64,000 nt of DNA from assembly GCA_045651685.1 (NCBI GenBank), contig JAZRSV010000019.1, positions 9,794 to 73,793 of the forward strand, given 5' to 3'. The notes under the pieces are model-generated. The model had not been told where the DNA came from. It saw only the letters and a list, made by a program, of their open reading frames with translations, and did not search any database. Position 1 is the first letter of the stretch. The number at the start of each line of letters is the position of its first letter. This DNA comes from Clostridia bacterium (GTDB taxonomy: Bacteria > Bacillota > Clostridia > Christensenellales > UBA1242). Positions 1-10,128 of the stretch are shown here, piece after piece. A program made the position numbers and the translations under genes.

Positions 1-1
1 T

Positions 2-421
2 TTGCCACTTATCGAAATTAATCTAAACACTTTTTATAGTCAAAATGGCAAGTTTATCATGTCAAACAGCTTGGCAAGAACCTGCTTTAACAGCTTTGTT
101 GACAACTTTAACCAAAGTCTTGTTGACTACTGTGGAGTAGACTGCCTAAAATTATCAAAAAAATTAGTTGGTTTTAACACCAACTTAAGATACAACTTTG
201 TTTATAAGTTTATGTTTGCTTTACAAAAGCACTTTGTTCAAAATATTAACTTGACCGAAGCCGAATCAAAAGATTTTGTCACAAAAGCTATAGCAAAATC
301 TATCGCAAAAAAGAACTTGTTAACAAAAGAAAGAGAGGAGCAAAACGGTGCACCACTTATGTACCCAAGCGAAAGTACATTTGTACCTGTTCCAAAAGAA
401 TTTTTAAGCGAAAACAAATAA
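2..421 (+). CDS. hypothetical protein, 5'-truncated at the window edge
   Basis: Open frame runs from the window start and is followed by an intrinsic terminator; I recognise no motif. Confidence 0.4.
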   Translation: MPLIEINLNTFYSQNGKFIMSNSLARTCFNSFVDNFNQSLVDYCGVDCLKLSKKLVGFNTNLRYNFVYKFMFALQKHFVQNINLTEAESKDFVTKAIAKSIAKKNLLTKEREEQNGAPLMYPSESTFVPVPKEFLSENK

Positions 422-436
422 ACATACTTTATTAAA

Positions 437-466
437 AAACAGCAGAAAACTTCTGCTGTTTTTTAA
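437..466 (+). terminator. rho-independent terminator
   Basis: Hairpin CAGCAGAA/TTCTGCTG followed by a T-run. Confidence 0.6.
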
Positions 467-468
467 TC

Positions 469-498
469 TTGAAATTGTATAGTACTTTATGTTATAAT
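469..498 (+). promoter_or_regulatory. sigma-A-like promoter (-35 TTGAAA, 18-nt spacer, -10 TATAAT)
   Basis: Read directly; an AGGGAGGG ribosome-binding site precedes the ATG at 524. Confidence 0.5.
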
Positions 499-523
499 AT
501 ATTAACAATAGGGAGGGTAAATC

Positions 524-1240
524 ATGTCAGTATATGTAAAAACAGAAAATTATACCGAAGGTACCGTGCCACAATGCTATGCAGTATTAGCAAAATGTGG
601 GCATGACCATGTAAGAGGTAGGGCATGTTTTATACCAGTTGTATTTGGTATTGTTAGCAAAAAAGGTAGAGCAAAAGAAGTTGCGCAAGAGGTAAGAGCG
701 CTAGAGAGGGTAAAGCACGACCATCCAGATGCAATACTATTTGTTTTGCCAGTATCTTATGAGCAATACAAACAAATAAGGGTTATTAATGACTTTGACC
801 CATATCTTGCTGTTCAAAACAAAAGAGATCAGTTAGAAGTTCAAGATATTATTGATACTCGTGCCGTAAACGAAGCTTTTGAGTATGTTGATACCAGAAA
901 GGTAAAAAACAGTATCAATTATGCTCATGGTAGAAGGGCAGTTTATAGACAATCAAAAGATGCTATTTATGATGACTATCAAGATGACTACCCATATGAG
1001 CAAGATTATGGCGAAAATTTTGATACCGATGACTTAATTTTGCAAAGATACGCAGCTGCTATGAGAGATCATACTGCACATGACAGCGAGCACTTGCGTA
1101 GAGAAGTTTTGGATGTTTATATTCATACTTCTATGCAAAGATTGATGGCGTCAGAGCATAAGGACGAAGCAGAACAAATACTTAACAATTTTGAGCATTA
1201 TCACAAAGGTATCAAAAACGAAAAATATAGAGAACAATAG
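524..1240 (+). CDS. hypothetical protein (238 aa)
   Basis: Strong RBS and promoter; no recognisable family. His/Asp-rich N-terminal region and acidic Tyr-rich middle. Confidence 0.6.
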   Translation: MSVYVKTENYTEGTVPQCYAVLAKCGHDHVRGRACFIPVVFGIVSKKGRAKEVAQEVRALERVKHDHPDAILFVLPVSYEQYKQIRVINDFDPYLAVQNKRDQLEVQDIIDTRAVNEAFEYVDTRKVKNSINYAHGRRAVYRQSKDAIYDDYQDDYPYEQDYGENFDTDDLILQRYAAAMRDHTAHDSEHLRREVLDVYIHTSMQRLMASEHKDEAEQILNNFEHYHKGIKNEKYREQ

Positions 1241-1307
1241 TCATAAAAATAGCAAAAAAACAAGGTTTTTGTGGGTTTTTGAGTGACTTATTAAAAATAT
1301 TTTAGTA

Positions 1308-1336
1308 TTGACATCAAAAATGTATTGATATATAAT
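1308..1336 (+). promoter_or_regulatory. consensus sigma-A promoter (TTGACA, 17-nt spacer, TATAAT)
   Basis: Read directly upstream of the GGAGG RBS at 1354. Confidence 0.65.
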
Positions 1337-1363
1337 AATCTTAACAAAATTATGGAGGTTTTT

Positions 1364-4300
1364 ATGAAAAGATTTTTAGTATTTCTTGTTGTAGCAATAG
1401 CAGCAGTTAGTCTTGGACTATCTATCTACTATTTTACAAAAGATAACGAAGTTATTTACATAAATTCAACATATATTACCTTAAACAAAGGTAATGTTAT
1501 TAAAACAGACGATTTGCTTTCTTTCGAAAATCAAAGCAAATACACCAAAATCAATTATGGTGGTGTAAAAGACTCTAAAATTTTATCTTTTAACGAAACA
1601 GAAAAATTTTACACAGCACTTACTGGTGGCGAAACAGAAATCGTTATTTCTACATCTAACAGACAATACAAAAGTATTGTTATCAAAGTTGTAGTTCGTG
1701 ATGGTTCTGAAGAGTACCCATACCTAATTGCTTCTCAAAACGATCTTCTAAAGATTGGTAGTGATGCTCAATTTACAGATAGCACCAACTACGAATTAGA
1801 AAAGAGTTTTGCATTAAATAGCAAATGGTTGCCAATCAATGATTTTAAGGGTACATTTAACGGTGCTGGTTATACAATTTCTAACCTAGACATCAGCGCT
1901 TATACAGTAGAAGAGATCGAAGCTAGCAAAGCAATAGAGATGGTTGGCGATGTAGAAACTCTAGTTGATACCGAAGCTACTACAGCTATGATAGAGTATA
2001 ACACAGCTCTTGCTACATATAGCCAAGCTGGTTTGTTTGCTAACCTAACTGCAGACGCTGTTGTTAGCGATTTGACATTAAAAAATGTTAACATCTCTGG
2101 CGACTTTGACTATGTTGGTGGTATCGCAGGTGTTAACAAAGGTATTATCAAAAACAGCACAGTTTCTACAGACTCAAAAGTAGTTATTACTACTACTGGT
2201 ACTGGCGCAGATGCTGTCGTAGAAGAAACTTTAGTTTATAATGCTATTCAATCTACAAAAGACAATGCCAATATAGGTGGTATCGCAGGTTATAACTTTG
2301 GTTCTAAAGACAATACTCCAAAACTTGACAGAGTAGTAAGCAAAGCAAGATTAGTTATTGCTGCTGCTGGTCAAAATGTTGCTGGTCTTGTTGGTTATAA
2401 CAAAGCTGGTAGAGTTAGCGAAAGCTACTACAATGGTTATGCTTTCAAAACAGTTGATGGCACATTTGCTGGTCTAGTTGGCAAAAACGAACCAATTAGT
2501 GCTACAGTAGATGGCAAAGTTGCATACTTCCCAGCAGATGTTATGGATTGCTATGCAATGATCAATACTCAAACAACAAATGCAATTACAGATGCGGTTG
2601 GTGTTATCAAAGAGAGCATCAACCTAGCAGGTACTCCAGATATTTACGAAAACAAAGTTTTTGGCAACTATTTTAGCGTTCTAAAAACTTATTCTACAGA
2701 AGGTGCTTTTACTTCTACAGATATCGCAGCTGTAAAAACTGCAACTGATATTTCAAAAATTGGTGTCACTTGCAGAAGACTTACAGACGACGAGTTCAAA
2801 AATGAAGACAACTTTGTATCATACACAGAAGCTATCACAGGTTATACAAGAACTTGGAATTTCGAAACAGTATGGACATGGTTTAACGAAGGCGATGTTA
2901 GATATCCAGTTATCAATCCAAACTGTTTAGCTGGTTCTGTATACGAAATTGATGTTTCTACCGTAAAAGGTGCTAACGACATTGACAAAGGTGATTCTTT
3001 ATCAGACATCTGGACAATGTTTAATAGCAACAAAGCAACAGGTAGCTTCAAAGTATTAGAAGATATCGACCTAGGCGGTGGAGAGTGGACCCCAATTGAA
3101 TTCTACAACGGTACTCTTACTGGTGAACCTGTAGTAGATGCAGAAACTGGCGAAACTCGCAACCCAATAATTTCTAACTTCAAAATTGTACTTGGCACTC
3201 AAAACGGCAAAGCTGGTTTGTTCGAAAGACTATGCGCTAATGCAATTATCTCTAACATCACATTCAAAGATGTAGAAATAATAGGTGCAGATGATGATGT
3301 TTATGCTGGTAAACAAATTGGCGTTATCGCAGGTGTTAACGAAGGTGCTAATATACTTAATGTTAATATCGTTAATGTTAAAAACAATCTATTTGCACAA
3401 CAATTTGGTGGTTTGTTTGGTGCAGCATACAACGCTGACGGACACTCTATCAAAAATGTAAATGTTGACAATATCACATTTGCAGAAGATGTTGTTGCAG
3501 ATTATGCTGGTGGTGTAGTTGGTGCCAACGGTACTACTACAAAACCAGGTGCAGTTATTACTGGTACAGAAAAGAGAGGTACAAAACCAGCTATCTACGC
3601 TACAGTTGCTAACCTAAATGTAGCTGCAAGAATGCTTGGTGGTATCACAGCTTACAACAAAGATGCAACTATCAAATATTGCGATGCTGCATTAAAACTA
3701 AACATCGCAAGTGCTGATGATTGGTTCTTTGATAGCGATTTGGTAGAAGTTAATAAAGAATATCCAATTGTTATCGGCGGTATCGTTGGCCAAAACTACC
3801 TAGGCTTGGTTGACTACTGCAAAGCTTCTAGCGATGTGACAATCGACTCTGTTAACGGTTTCCTTATTGCTGTTGGTGGTATCGCAGGTAGCAACCTAAC
3901 TGGTACAATTTCTCATTCTTATGCTTACAAAACAACTATCACTACAAAGCGTACTAACGATGTACAAATTGGTGGTATTGTAGGCAATAACTCTGGTTTA
4001 ATCGAACTATGTGTTGTAGCTCCTGATTGCGAACTATCAGCTACAACTTCTATTACAAAAGGTGGCAACTATAGCTTTGTTGGTGGTATCGCAGGTTATA
4101 TGGCCCTAGCTAATAACAAGGTTGGTGCTATCAATAAGAGTGCAAGTTATGCAAAAACTGTTAAAGGTTTCTTTGCAGGTGGTATCGTTGCATATAGCCA
4201 CGGTTCAGTGACTTACAGCTACACTCAAAATTCTACAATTACTGGTTTCTATGTAGGTGGTTTGGCATCAATTATTAATTGCTACAAAGCAACTAAGAGT

Positions 4301-4849
4301 GATGGTACTTCTTTAATAGTCACTTCTGTTAACAACTACAATTCTGGTTACTACTATGCTAACTACACAATAGCTAGTCTAAACTGTGTAAGCAACGGTG
4401 GCGAAACAGAAGAAGTAGAAGATTATATCTTGTATAGCCAAGTGACAAACAAAGAAAAAGGTGCTACAGCTGGTTTTGCAGTAATTATTAGTTTTGGCGC
4501 AGAAGTAAAACAATGCTATACAGTTACAACTAACCAAGGTGGCGTACACTATGGTGCAACATTAAGCCGCAACACTGGCTTAATAAAAGCAGAAGAAGTA
4601 GAAACAAGACAAGCTTCTTACTCTGGTATTATTGCTAACAGCATCTATACTACAAAAGGTAATGATGACAAAAATGTTGGTGGTGGATACCTAGAAAAAG
4701 AAAAATGGATTGTACAAGGCAACTTCCAAAAAGTATTGTCAGAATATGGTATGGATGCAGACTTGTGGGAGTGTGACGAAGGCAAATACCCAGCTATAGG
4801 CAACCTAGACAATCAAATTTCAAAATTCTATGCTTATCAAGCAGCTTAA
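1364..4849 (+). CDS. large secreted/anchored repetitive surface protein with many GLUG-type repeats (GGIAG.N.G, AGLVG.N), probably a beta-helix
   Basis: GGAGG RBS at 1354 and ATG at 1364. N-terminal signal/anchor MKRFLVFLVVAIAAVSLGL. At least 14 copies of the G-G-[IL]-[AV]-G-x-N motif characteristic of the GLUG motif family. Confidence 0.75.
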   Translation: MKRFLVFLVVAIAAVSLGLSIYYFTKDNEVIYINSTYITLNKGNVIKTDDLLSFENQSKYTKINYGGVKDSKILSFNETEKFYTALTGGETEIVISTSNRQYKSIVIKVVVRDGSEEYPYLIASQNDLLKIGSDAQFTDSTNYELEKSFALNSKWLPINDFKGTFNGAGYTISNLDISAYTVEEIEASKAIEMVGDVETLVDTEATTAMIEYNTALATYSQAGLFANLTADAVVSDLTLKNVNISGDFDYVGGIAGVNKGIIKNSTVSTDSKVVITTTGTGADAVVEETLVYNAIQSTKDNANIGGIAGYNFGSKDNTPKLDRVVSKARLVIAAAGQNVAGLVGYNKAGRVSESYYNGYAFKTVDGTFAGLVGKNEPISATVDGKVAYFPADVMDCYAMINTQTTNAITDAVGVIKESINLAGTPDIYENKVFGNYFSVLKTYSTEGAFTSTDIAAVKTATDISKIGVTCRRLTDDEFKNEDNFVSYTEAITGYTRTWNFETVWTWFNEGDVRYPVINPNCLAGSVYEIDVSTVKGANDIDKGDSLSDIWTMFNSNKATGSFKVLEDIDLGGGEWTPIEFYNGTLTGEPVVDAETGETRNPIISNFKIVLGTQNGKAGLFERLCANAIISNITFKDVEIIGADDDVYAGKQIGVIAGVNEGANILNVNIVNVKNNLFAQQFGGLFGAAYNADGHSIKNVNVDNITFAEDVVADYAGGVVGANGTTTKPGAVITGTEKRGTKPAIYATVANLNVAARMLGGITAYNKDATIKYCDAALKLNIASADDWFFDSDLVEVNKEYPIVIGGIVGQNYLGLVDYCKASSDVTIDSVNGFLIAVGGIAGSNLTGTISHSYAYKTTITTKRTNDVQIGGIVGNNSGLIELCVVAPDCELSATTSITKGGNYSFVGGIAGYMALANNKVGAINKSASYAKTVKGFFAGGIVAYSHGSVTYSYTQNSTITGFYVGGLASIINCYKATKSDGTSLIVTSVNNYNSGYYYANYTIASLNCVSNGGETEEVEDYILYSQVTNKEKGATAGFAVIISFGAEVKQCYTVTTNQGGVHYGATLSRNTGLIKAEEVETRQASYSGIIANSIYTTKGNDDKNVGGGYLEKEKWIVQGNFQKVLSEYGMDADLWECDEGKYPAIGNLDNQISKFYAYQAA

Positions 4850-4854
4850 TAAAA

Positions 4855-4890
4855 TAAAAAAAAGACCTAAATTATTTTAGGTCTTTTTTG
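4855..4890 (+). terminator. rho-independent terminator
   Basis: AAAGACCTAAATTATTTTAGGTCTTTTTT hairpin plus T-run. Confidence 0.8.
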
Positions 4891-4902
4891 TTGCGTACAT
4901 AT

Positions 4903-4934
4903 AAAAATACCGCTTGTGGCGGTATTTTATTTTG
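4903..4934 (-). terminator. terminator for spoVG (works in both directions)
   Basis: ATACCGC-TTGT-GGCGGTAT hairpin flanked by A-run and T-run. Confidence 0.65.
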
Positions 4935-4992
4935 AAACACGCAAATCTCTTCTAGCTATATTACAAGACTTGCAAAATTGCCGAATAAGCGA

Positions 4993-5259
4993 TTATTCTG
5001 CTTTTAGGGCGCTTTCAAATTCTGCTAAAATTGCAGTTCTGATTTGTTCTCTTGTTTCAGTGTTTAGTGGGTGAACGATATCTTTGTATTCGCCATCAGG
5101 AGTTTTGCGGCTAGGCATTGCGATAAAATAACCTTGGCTGCCTTCGATAACTTTGATGTCATGAACAACAAAACATTCGTCAATTGTAATAGATGCAACT
5201 GCTTTTAATTTGCTGTCATCTTTTTTTACAATTCTTACGCGTACATCAGAAATTTTCAA
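4993..5259 (-). CDS. spoVG: septation protein SpoVG
   Basis: The [13 protein letters not shown]...[17 protein letters not shown]...[18 protein letters not shown] pattern matches SpoVG. TTG start with a GGATGG RBS. Confidence 0.9.
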   Translation of the reverse strand: MKISDVRVRIVKKDDSKLKAVASITIDECFVVHDIKVIEGSQGYFIAMPSRKTPDGEYKDIVHPLNTETREQIRTAILAEFESALKAE

Positions 5260-5376
5260 GTCTATATACCATCCTTTTTGAATTAGTCAAAAGCCATAAC
5301 CTTTTAACTACCTATATTTTATACTATAATGCAGATTTATGCAAACTTTTTGATATAACTTTTCATATATAATAGT

Positions 5377-6729
5377 ATGAAAAAAGACATTTTATTGCAA
5401 AGTATAAAAAAAATACATTTCGTTGGTATTGGGGGTATAAGCATGAGTTCTTTGGCAAAACTTATGCTTGCAAAAGGTTTTGTTGTTAGTGGTAGTGATG
5501 CTGTGCAAAACCAGATTGTGTCCGAGCTAAAGGCAATAGGTATTAATGTTTTTGTGGGGCACAATGCTGGCAACATTGATGATGTAGACCTTGTTGTATA
5601 CACTGCCGCTATTGCAAAAAATAATGCAGAGTTGTTGTATGCCGAGTCAAAAAATATACCATGCATTGATCGGGCCGAAATGCTAGGGTTGGTTGCAAAA
5701 CAATATAGGCATGTTATTGCTGTTGCTGGTACTCATGGCAAAACTACAACAACAGCAATGATAGCAAATGCCTTTTTTGTTTGTGGCAAAAATCCTACAG
5801 TGCATATTGGTGGCAACTGGGGCAAGATACATGGCAACTTGCATATAGGTGGCAACGATATTTTTATTACCGAAGCGTGCGAATATAAAGATAGCTTTTT
5901 GAGTCTCAATCCTAATGCTGCAGTTATAACAAATATCGAAAAAGAGCATTTAGATTATTTTAAGTCGATGACTCGTATTAAACAATCGTACAACACTTTT
6001 TGCAAAAGTTGTGATAAGGTTTTTGTTAACAAGCTGTATAGTAAATTGATAAATAGCAAACACAAAACCTTTGGCCTTGGTGGCAACATAAAAGCAAAAA
6101 ACATTGTTGGTAAAAATGGTAAATATGGTTTTGATTGTTATATAGATGACGAGTTTTATGCCACAATAAATTTGGGTGTTGCTGGTAGGTACAATGTAGA
6201 CAATGCTTTGGCCGCCATAGCTGTATGCAACAGTTATGGTCTTGATAAGCAAAAGGTAGCAAAAAGCTTTGAAACTTTTGACAATGTTGATCGCCGATTT
6301 GAAGTAATGGGTGAGTATAATGGAGGGGTGATTATACGCGATTATGCACATCATCCAACCGAGATAAAAAACGCAATTAAGACGGCGGGTGAAGTTTATG
6401 GCAAACCTGTTATTGTTGTGTATCAACCACATACATATTCTAGGACAAAAACTTTGCTAAGCGACTTTATAAAGTGCTTTGACAATGCTTGTGGACTTAT
6501 ATTGGTTAGCACATATTCTGCAAGAGAAAAATTTGATCAAAAGGGCAGCTGTGAGGCGCTAGCGCTAGCTATAAGACAAGCAAATAGTGACCTTCGCATA
6601 TTTGGTCCTGCTGCAAAATGTTGCGTCAAAGACTTTTTGTCGGGGTTAAATTTAGATCAAAAAACAGTTTTGTTTTTGGGTGCTGGCGACTTGGTAGATA
6701 TCTTGCAAGAACTAAATTTGTCAAAATAA
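5377..6729 (+). CDS. murC: UDP-N-acetylmuramate--L-alanine ligase
   Basis: HFVGIGGISMSSLA N-terminal motif, GTHGKTTTT P-loop, Mur ligase architecture. Confidence 0.9.
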   Translation: MKKDILLQSIKKIHFVGIGGISMSSLAKLMLAKGFVVSGSDAVQNQIVSELKAIGINVFVGHNAGNIDDVDLVVYTAAIAKNNAELLYAESKNIPCIDRAEMLGLVAKQYRHVIAVAGTHGKTTTTAMIANAFFVCGKNPTVHIGGNWGKIHGNLHIGGNDIFITEACEYKDSFLSLNPNAAVITNIEKEHLDYFKSMTRIKQSYNTFCKSCDKVFVNKLYSKLINSKHKTFGLGGNIKAKNIVGKNGKYGFDCYIDDEFYATINLGVAGRYNVDNALAAIAVCNSYGLDKQKVAKSFETFDNVDRRFEVMGEYNGGVIIRDYAHHPTEIKNAIKTAGEVYGKPVIVVYQPHTYSRTKTLLSDFIKCFDNACGLILVSTYSAREKFDQKGSCEALALAIRQANSDLRIFGPAAKCCVKDFLSGLNLDQKTVLFLGAGDLVDILQELNLSK

Positions 6730-6783
6730 TATGTATTTTTTGCCAAAAACGCTCTTATTGTGTTAATTTGCTAAAAAAAATTG

Positions 6784-6812
6784 TTGACTAATTGCTTTAA
6801 GTGTGTTATTCT
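6784..6812 (+). promoter_or_regulatory. promoter (-35 TTGACT, extended -10 TGnTATTCT)
   Basis: Read directly upstream of rpmE. Confidence 0.4.
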
Positions 6813-6843
6813 ACATAAGCATAAAAGTTGAGAGGTGAAAGTA

Positions 6844-7047
6844 ATGAAAGCGAATGTACATCCAGATTATCACGAAGTTGAAGTAATTTGCGCATGTGGA
6901 GCAAAGTTTGTAACAAAATCTACTAAACCTGGTGAAGTTATCAAAGTTGATATCTGCAACAAATGCCATCCTTTTTATACTGGCAAACAAAAAATAGTTG
7001 ACACCAGCGGTAGAGTTGAAAAATTCCAACAACGCCACAATGTTTAA
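6844..7047 (+). CDS. rpmE: 50S ribosomal protein L31, zinc-ribbon (C+) form
   Basis: MKANVHPDY... with CxxC...CxxC. AGAGGTG RBS; the ATG at 6844 is preferred over the upstream GTG. Confidence 0.9.
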   Translation: MKANVHPDYHEVEVICACGAKFVTKSTKPGEVIKVDICNKCHPFYTGKQKIVDTSGRVEKFQQRHNV

Positions 7048-7065
7048 TATTATTTAACTTTTTAC

Positions 7066-7098
7066 AAAAACAGGCTTTTATTTGCCTGTTTTTTTTAG
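7066..7098 (+). terminator. rho-independent terminator
   Basis: CAGGC/GCCTG hairpin plus T8. Confidence 0.7.
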
Positions 7099-7155
7099 GT
7101 TATTTACTAAACAAATTTATGTTTAGAAATACAACTTATAGCACATACTTGTTGT

Positions 7156-8910
7156 ATGAAAAATTATACTAATTTATTTTTTTATCCAGTAGGTAGTGGC
7201 GGTATTAATGGTGCTTTTGTTTTGGCTAACGGCAATAGTATTGTAAGTCACAAACATTCAAAAAGCATTGTGCTTAACAAACCAAGTGCTATGGGTAGAT
7301 TTGTAGCGGCATTAAAAAACTGGTTTTTTGTTAGAGGACTTATTTTGTTTTTTTATTATATCTTTAAGGTTTTTGAAGGTGTAGATAAGTCTTATACTAA
7401 CTACAATGAGTATTTGTTAAGACAGCCAATCAAGACAAAAACAAAGTTTAGAAACAAACTCAAACTTTTTTATGTTGTGTTTGTTTTGCTTACACTTGCG
7501 TTTTTTGTAGGGTTGCCGCTAGCTACTAAAATATTGCTTGATATGGCAATAAATAATGTGTTTATAAATAGCCTTTTTAATGTAGTGCTAAAAATTGTGT
7601 TTTTGTTAACATTTTTTACAATTTTAAGGTGGCTGCCAATAACAAAAAATATATATCAATATAATAGCGCAATAAACAAGGTCGCCAATAGTTTTGAAGA
7701 TGATAGTATCAACTACTCAAAGATAGCAAAGGCAAAAAACACAAGGGTGCTTAATATATACAACTTTTTTATAGTAGGTCTAATTGGGCTGTATATATTT
7801 GTGCCTATATTTAGTTTTGATGTGGCAGCTATTATTAATGTTTTGATAAAAATTGCTGTTGCATCTTTTTGGCTAGGTATTTGCTACGAAGTGCTTTATT
7901 TGCTACAATATAGATATGACAAGTGCAAAGTTGCCCGTTTTGTTAGCAGCCCAATAGTAGCAATTAGTTATATTACAAGTTTGCCTTATACTAATGAGCA
8001 TTTTGATATTGTTATAAATACTGTAGAGGAGTTGTCGCTTATGACAAAGAGAGAGTTTATCTGTAGTAATCAAGAAAAATCTTTTAGACAATTTTATATA
8101 GATGTCAAGACAGAACTTGCACAAAATGGCATAACCGACAAAGGCGAAGCAGACTATATCATATGCGAAGCACTTGGTATTAATAAAACAAAAATGCTTA
8201 TGTTAGATACTATAACTACTTCGCAACAAAACAAAGTTAACAAAATTGTAAAAAAGCGTATACAACATATACCTCTAAATAAGATTGTAAAAAAACAAAA
8301 TTTTTATGGTATAGATTTTTATATTAACGAGCATGTTTTGGCTCCAAGACAAGACACAGAAATTTTGGTAGAGAAAGCTATACAAAAAATATCACAATAT
8401 CCAACTCAACCAAAAGTTTTGGATATGTGTACAGGTAGTGGTATCATCGCAGTGACCATAGCAAAAAATACCAATGCCAAAGTGACTGCCGTAGATATAA
8501 GCAACAAAGCATTGTTAGTTGCTAACAAAAATGCAAAAAACAACAATGTTAATATAAATTTTATAAAAAGTGACACTTTCAAAGACTTGAAAGTGTCAAA
8601 CAAATTTGATATAATCATTTCGAATCCACCATACATCCCAACATTAGACATTGACAAGCTAGACCAAGAGGTTAGAGATCATGACCCAAAAATAGCTTTA
8701 GATGGTGGGATAGATGGTTTGAAATTTTATAGATTGCTTGCAGACAATGCACCAAAATATCTAAAGTCTGGTGGCGTTATTATGTTAGAGATCGGTTATG
8801 ACCAAAAACATAAAGTAAGCAACATTTTACAAAACAATTTCAAAGATATACAAGTGTTTGATGATTATGGTGGCAATCCTAGAGTAATCATCGCAACAAA
8901 AAAGGGATAA
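7156..8910 (+). CDS. prmC: fusion protein: N-terminal polytopic membrane domain (about 295 aa, DUF1385-like) in frame with release-factor glutamine methyltransferase PrmC/HemK
   Basis: Continuous 584-aa ORF. Residues 1-290 are hydrophobic with 5-6 TM segments and a GSGGINGAFVLANG N-terminal motif. From the ATG at 8041 the sequence is a typical PrmC (VLAPRQDTE, VLDMCTGSGIIA, NPPYI). There is no stop between the two halves. Confidence 0.75.
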   Translation: MKNYTNLFFYPVGSGGINGAFVLANGNSIVSHKHSKSIVLNKPSAMGRFVAALKNWFFVRGLILFFYYIFKVFEGVDKSYTNYNEYLLRQPIKTKTKFRNKLKLFYVVFVLLTLAFFVGLPLATKILLDMAINNVFINSLFNVVLKIVFLLTFFTILRWLPITKNIYQYNSAINKVANSFEDDSINYSKIAKAKNTRVLNIYNFFIVGLIGLYIFVPIFSFDVAAIINVLIKIAVASFWLGICYEVLYLLQYRYDKCKVARFVSSPIVAISYITSLPYTNEHFDIVINTVEELSLMTKREFICSNQEKSFRQFYIDVKTELAQNGITDKGEADYIICEALGINKTKMLMLDTITTSQQNKVNKIVKKRIQHIPLNKIVKKQNFYGIDFYINEHVLAPRQDTEILVEKAIQKISQYPTQPKVLDMCTGSGIIAVTIAKNTNAKVTAVDISNKALLVANKNAKNNNVNINFIKSDTFKDLKVSNKFDIIISNPPYIPTLDIDKLDQEVRDHDPKIALDGGIDGLKFYRLLADNAPKYLKSGGVIMLEIGYDQKHKVSNILQNNFKDIQVFDDYGGNPRVIIATKKG

Positions 8911-8912
8911 TT

Positions 8913-9983
8913 ATGATACAAAAATTGGACAAAATAGAACAGCGTTATGATGAACTTACAAAATTGGTTGTAGATCCTGCTGTTATATCAAACAACAAAG
9001 AGTGGAAAAAACTAGTAAAAGAACATAGTGATATAACACCTATCATCGACAAGTATAAAGAACTAAAAAAATGTGTCAAAGACCTAGAAGATGCACAACA
9101 AATGCTAAAGGTAGAGTCTGACCCAGAAATGCTGTCTATGTTAGAAGAAGAAGTTGAGGCTTGCAAAAAGCGCCGTGTCGAAATAGATGACGAGTTAAAA
9201 GTTTTGTTGTTGCCAAAAGACGAAAATGACGACAAAAATGTTATCATAGAGATAAGAGCTGGTGCTGGTGGTGATGAAGCTGCTTTGTTTGGATACGAAC
9301 TTATGCGTATGTACAATATGTATGCAGAGCGTCATCGTTGGAAGAGTGAACTTATGAATATCAACGAGAGCGAACTAGGTGGTATCAAAGAAGTTGTCTT
9401 TATGATAGCTGGTAAAGATGTTTATTCTAAATTAAAGTTCGAGAGTGGTGTACACCGTGTACAACGCGTGCCAGAAACAGAGTCTCAAGGTAGAGTTCAT
9501 ACTTCTACAGTGACAGTTGCTGTTTTGCCAGAACTAGAAGAAGTAGAATTTGACATTTTAGACAAAGACCTAAAAGTTGATACTTACCGTGCTTCTGGTG
9601 CAGGTGGCCAGCATGTTAACAAAACCGAATCTGCTATTCGTATAACTCACTTGCCAACAGGTATTATTGTTGCTTGCCAAGATGAGCGCAGCCAAATAAA
9701 AAATAGAGAAAAAGCCATGACTATCTTAAAGTCAAAATTGTATGACTTTTATCAAGGTCAAAAAGATAGAGAATATGCCGAAACTCGTAAATCTCAAGTA
9801 GGTACTGGTGATCGTAGTGAGCGTATCAGAACATACAACTTCCCACAAGGTCGTATGACAGATCATCGTATTAACTTTACCGCATACAACTTGTTAGACT
9901 TTATGAACGGCAACCTAGACGAACTTATTACAGAACTTCAACTAGCCGATCAAAAAGCAAAGTTAGAGAGTATTAATTCTTAA
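8913..9983 (+). CDS. prfA: peptide chain release factor 1
   Basis: GGQHVNKTESAIRITHLPTG (GGQ) and a PET tripeptide motif. Its start overlaps the prmC stop. Confidence 0.95.
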   Translation: MIQKLDKIEQRYDELTKLVVDPAVISNNKEWKKLVKEHSDITPIIDKYKELKKCVKDLEDAQQMLKVESDPEMLSMLEEEVEACKKRRVEIDDELKVLLLPKDENDDKNVIIEIRAGAGGDEAALFGYELMRMYNMYAERHRWKSELMNINESELGGIKEVVFMIAGKDVYSKLKFESGVHRVQRVPETESQGRVHTSTVTVAVLPELEEVEFDILDKDLKVDTYRASGAGGQHVNKTESAIRITHLPTGIIVACQDERSQIKNREKAMTILKSKLYDFYQGQKDREYAETRKSQVGTGDRSERIRTYNFPQGRMTDHRINFTAYNLLDFMNGNLDELITELQLADQKAKLESINS

Positions 9984-9987
9984 TAAC

Positions 9988-10019
9988 CAAACACCTGTTT
10001 TTTTCAGGTGTTTTTTTTA
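9988..10019 (+). terminator. rho-independent terminator
   Basis: CACCTG/CAGGTG hairpin plus T8. Confidence 0.8.
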
Positions 10020-10058
10020 TTAATATATATAGCTACATAAAAAATTTTTACTCAAATA

Positions 10059-10087
10059 TTGTACTTAATTGATTTTTATGCTATAAT
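10059..10087 (+). promoter_or_regulatory. promoter (-35 TTGTAC, 17-nt spacer, -10 TATAAT)
   Basis: Read directly. Confidence 0.5.
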
Positions 10088-10128
10088 GTTGGTAGAAAAA
10101 ATATTGTAATCTCAATAAAGGGGTAATT

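Noticed and set aside
5950-6432. 160-aa minus-strand ORF inside murC
   Set aside because: It is antisense to a conserved gene and has no RBS. It is an AT-rich spurious frame, as are 5683-5949, 6026-6262 and 5337-5666.
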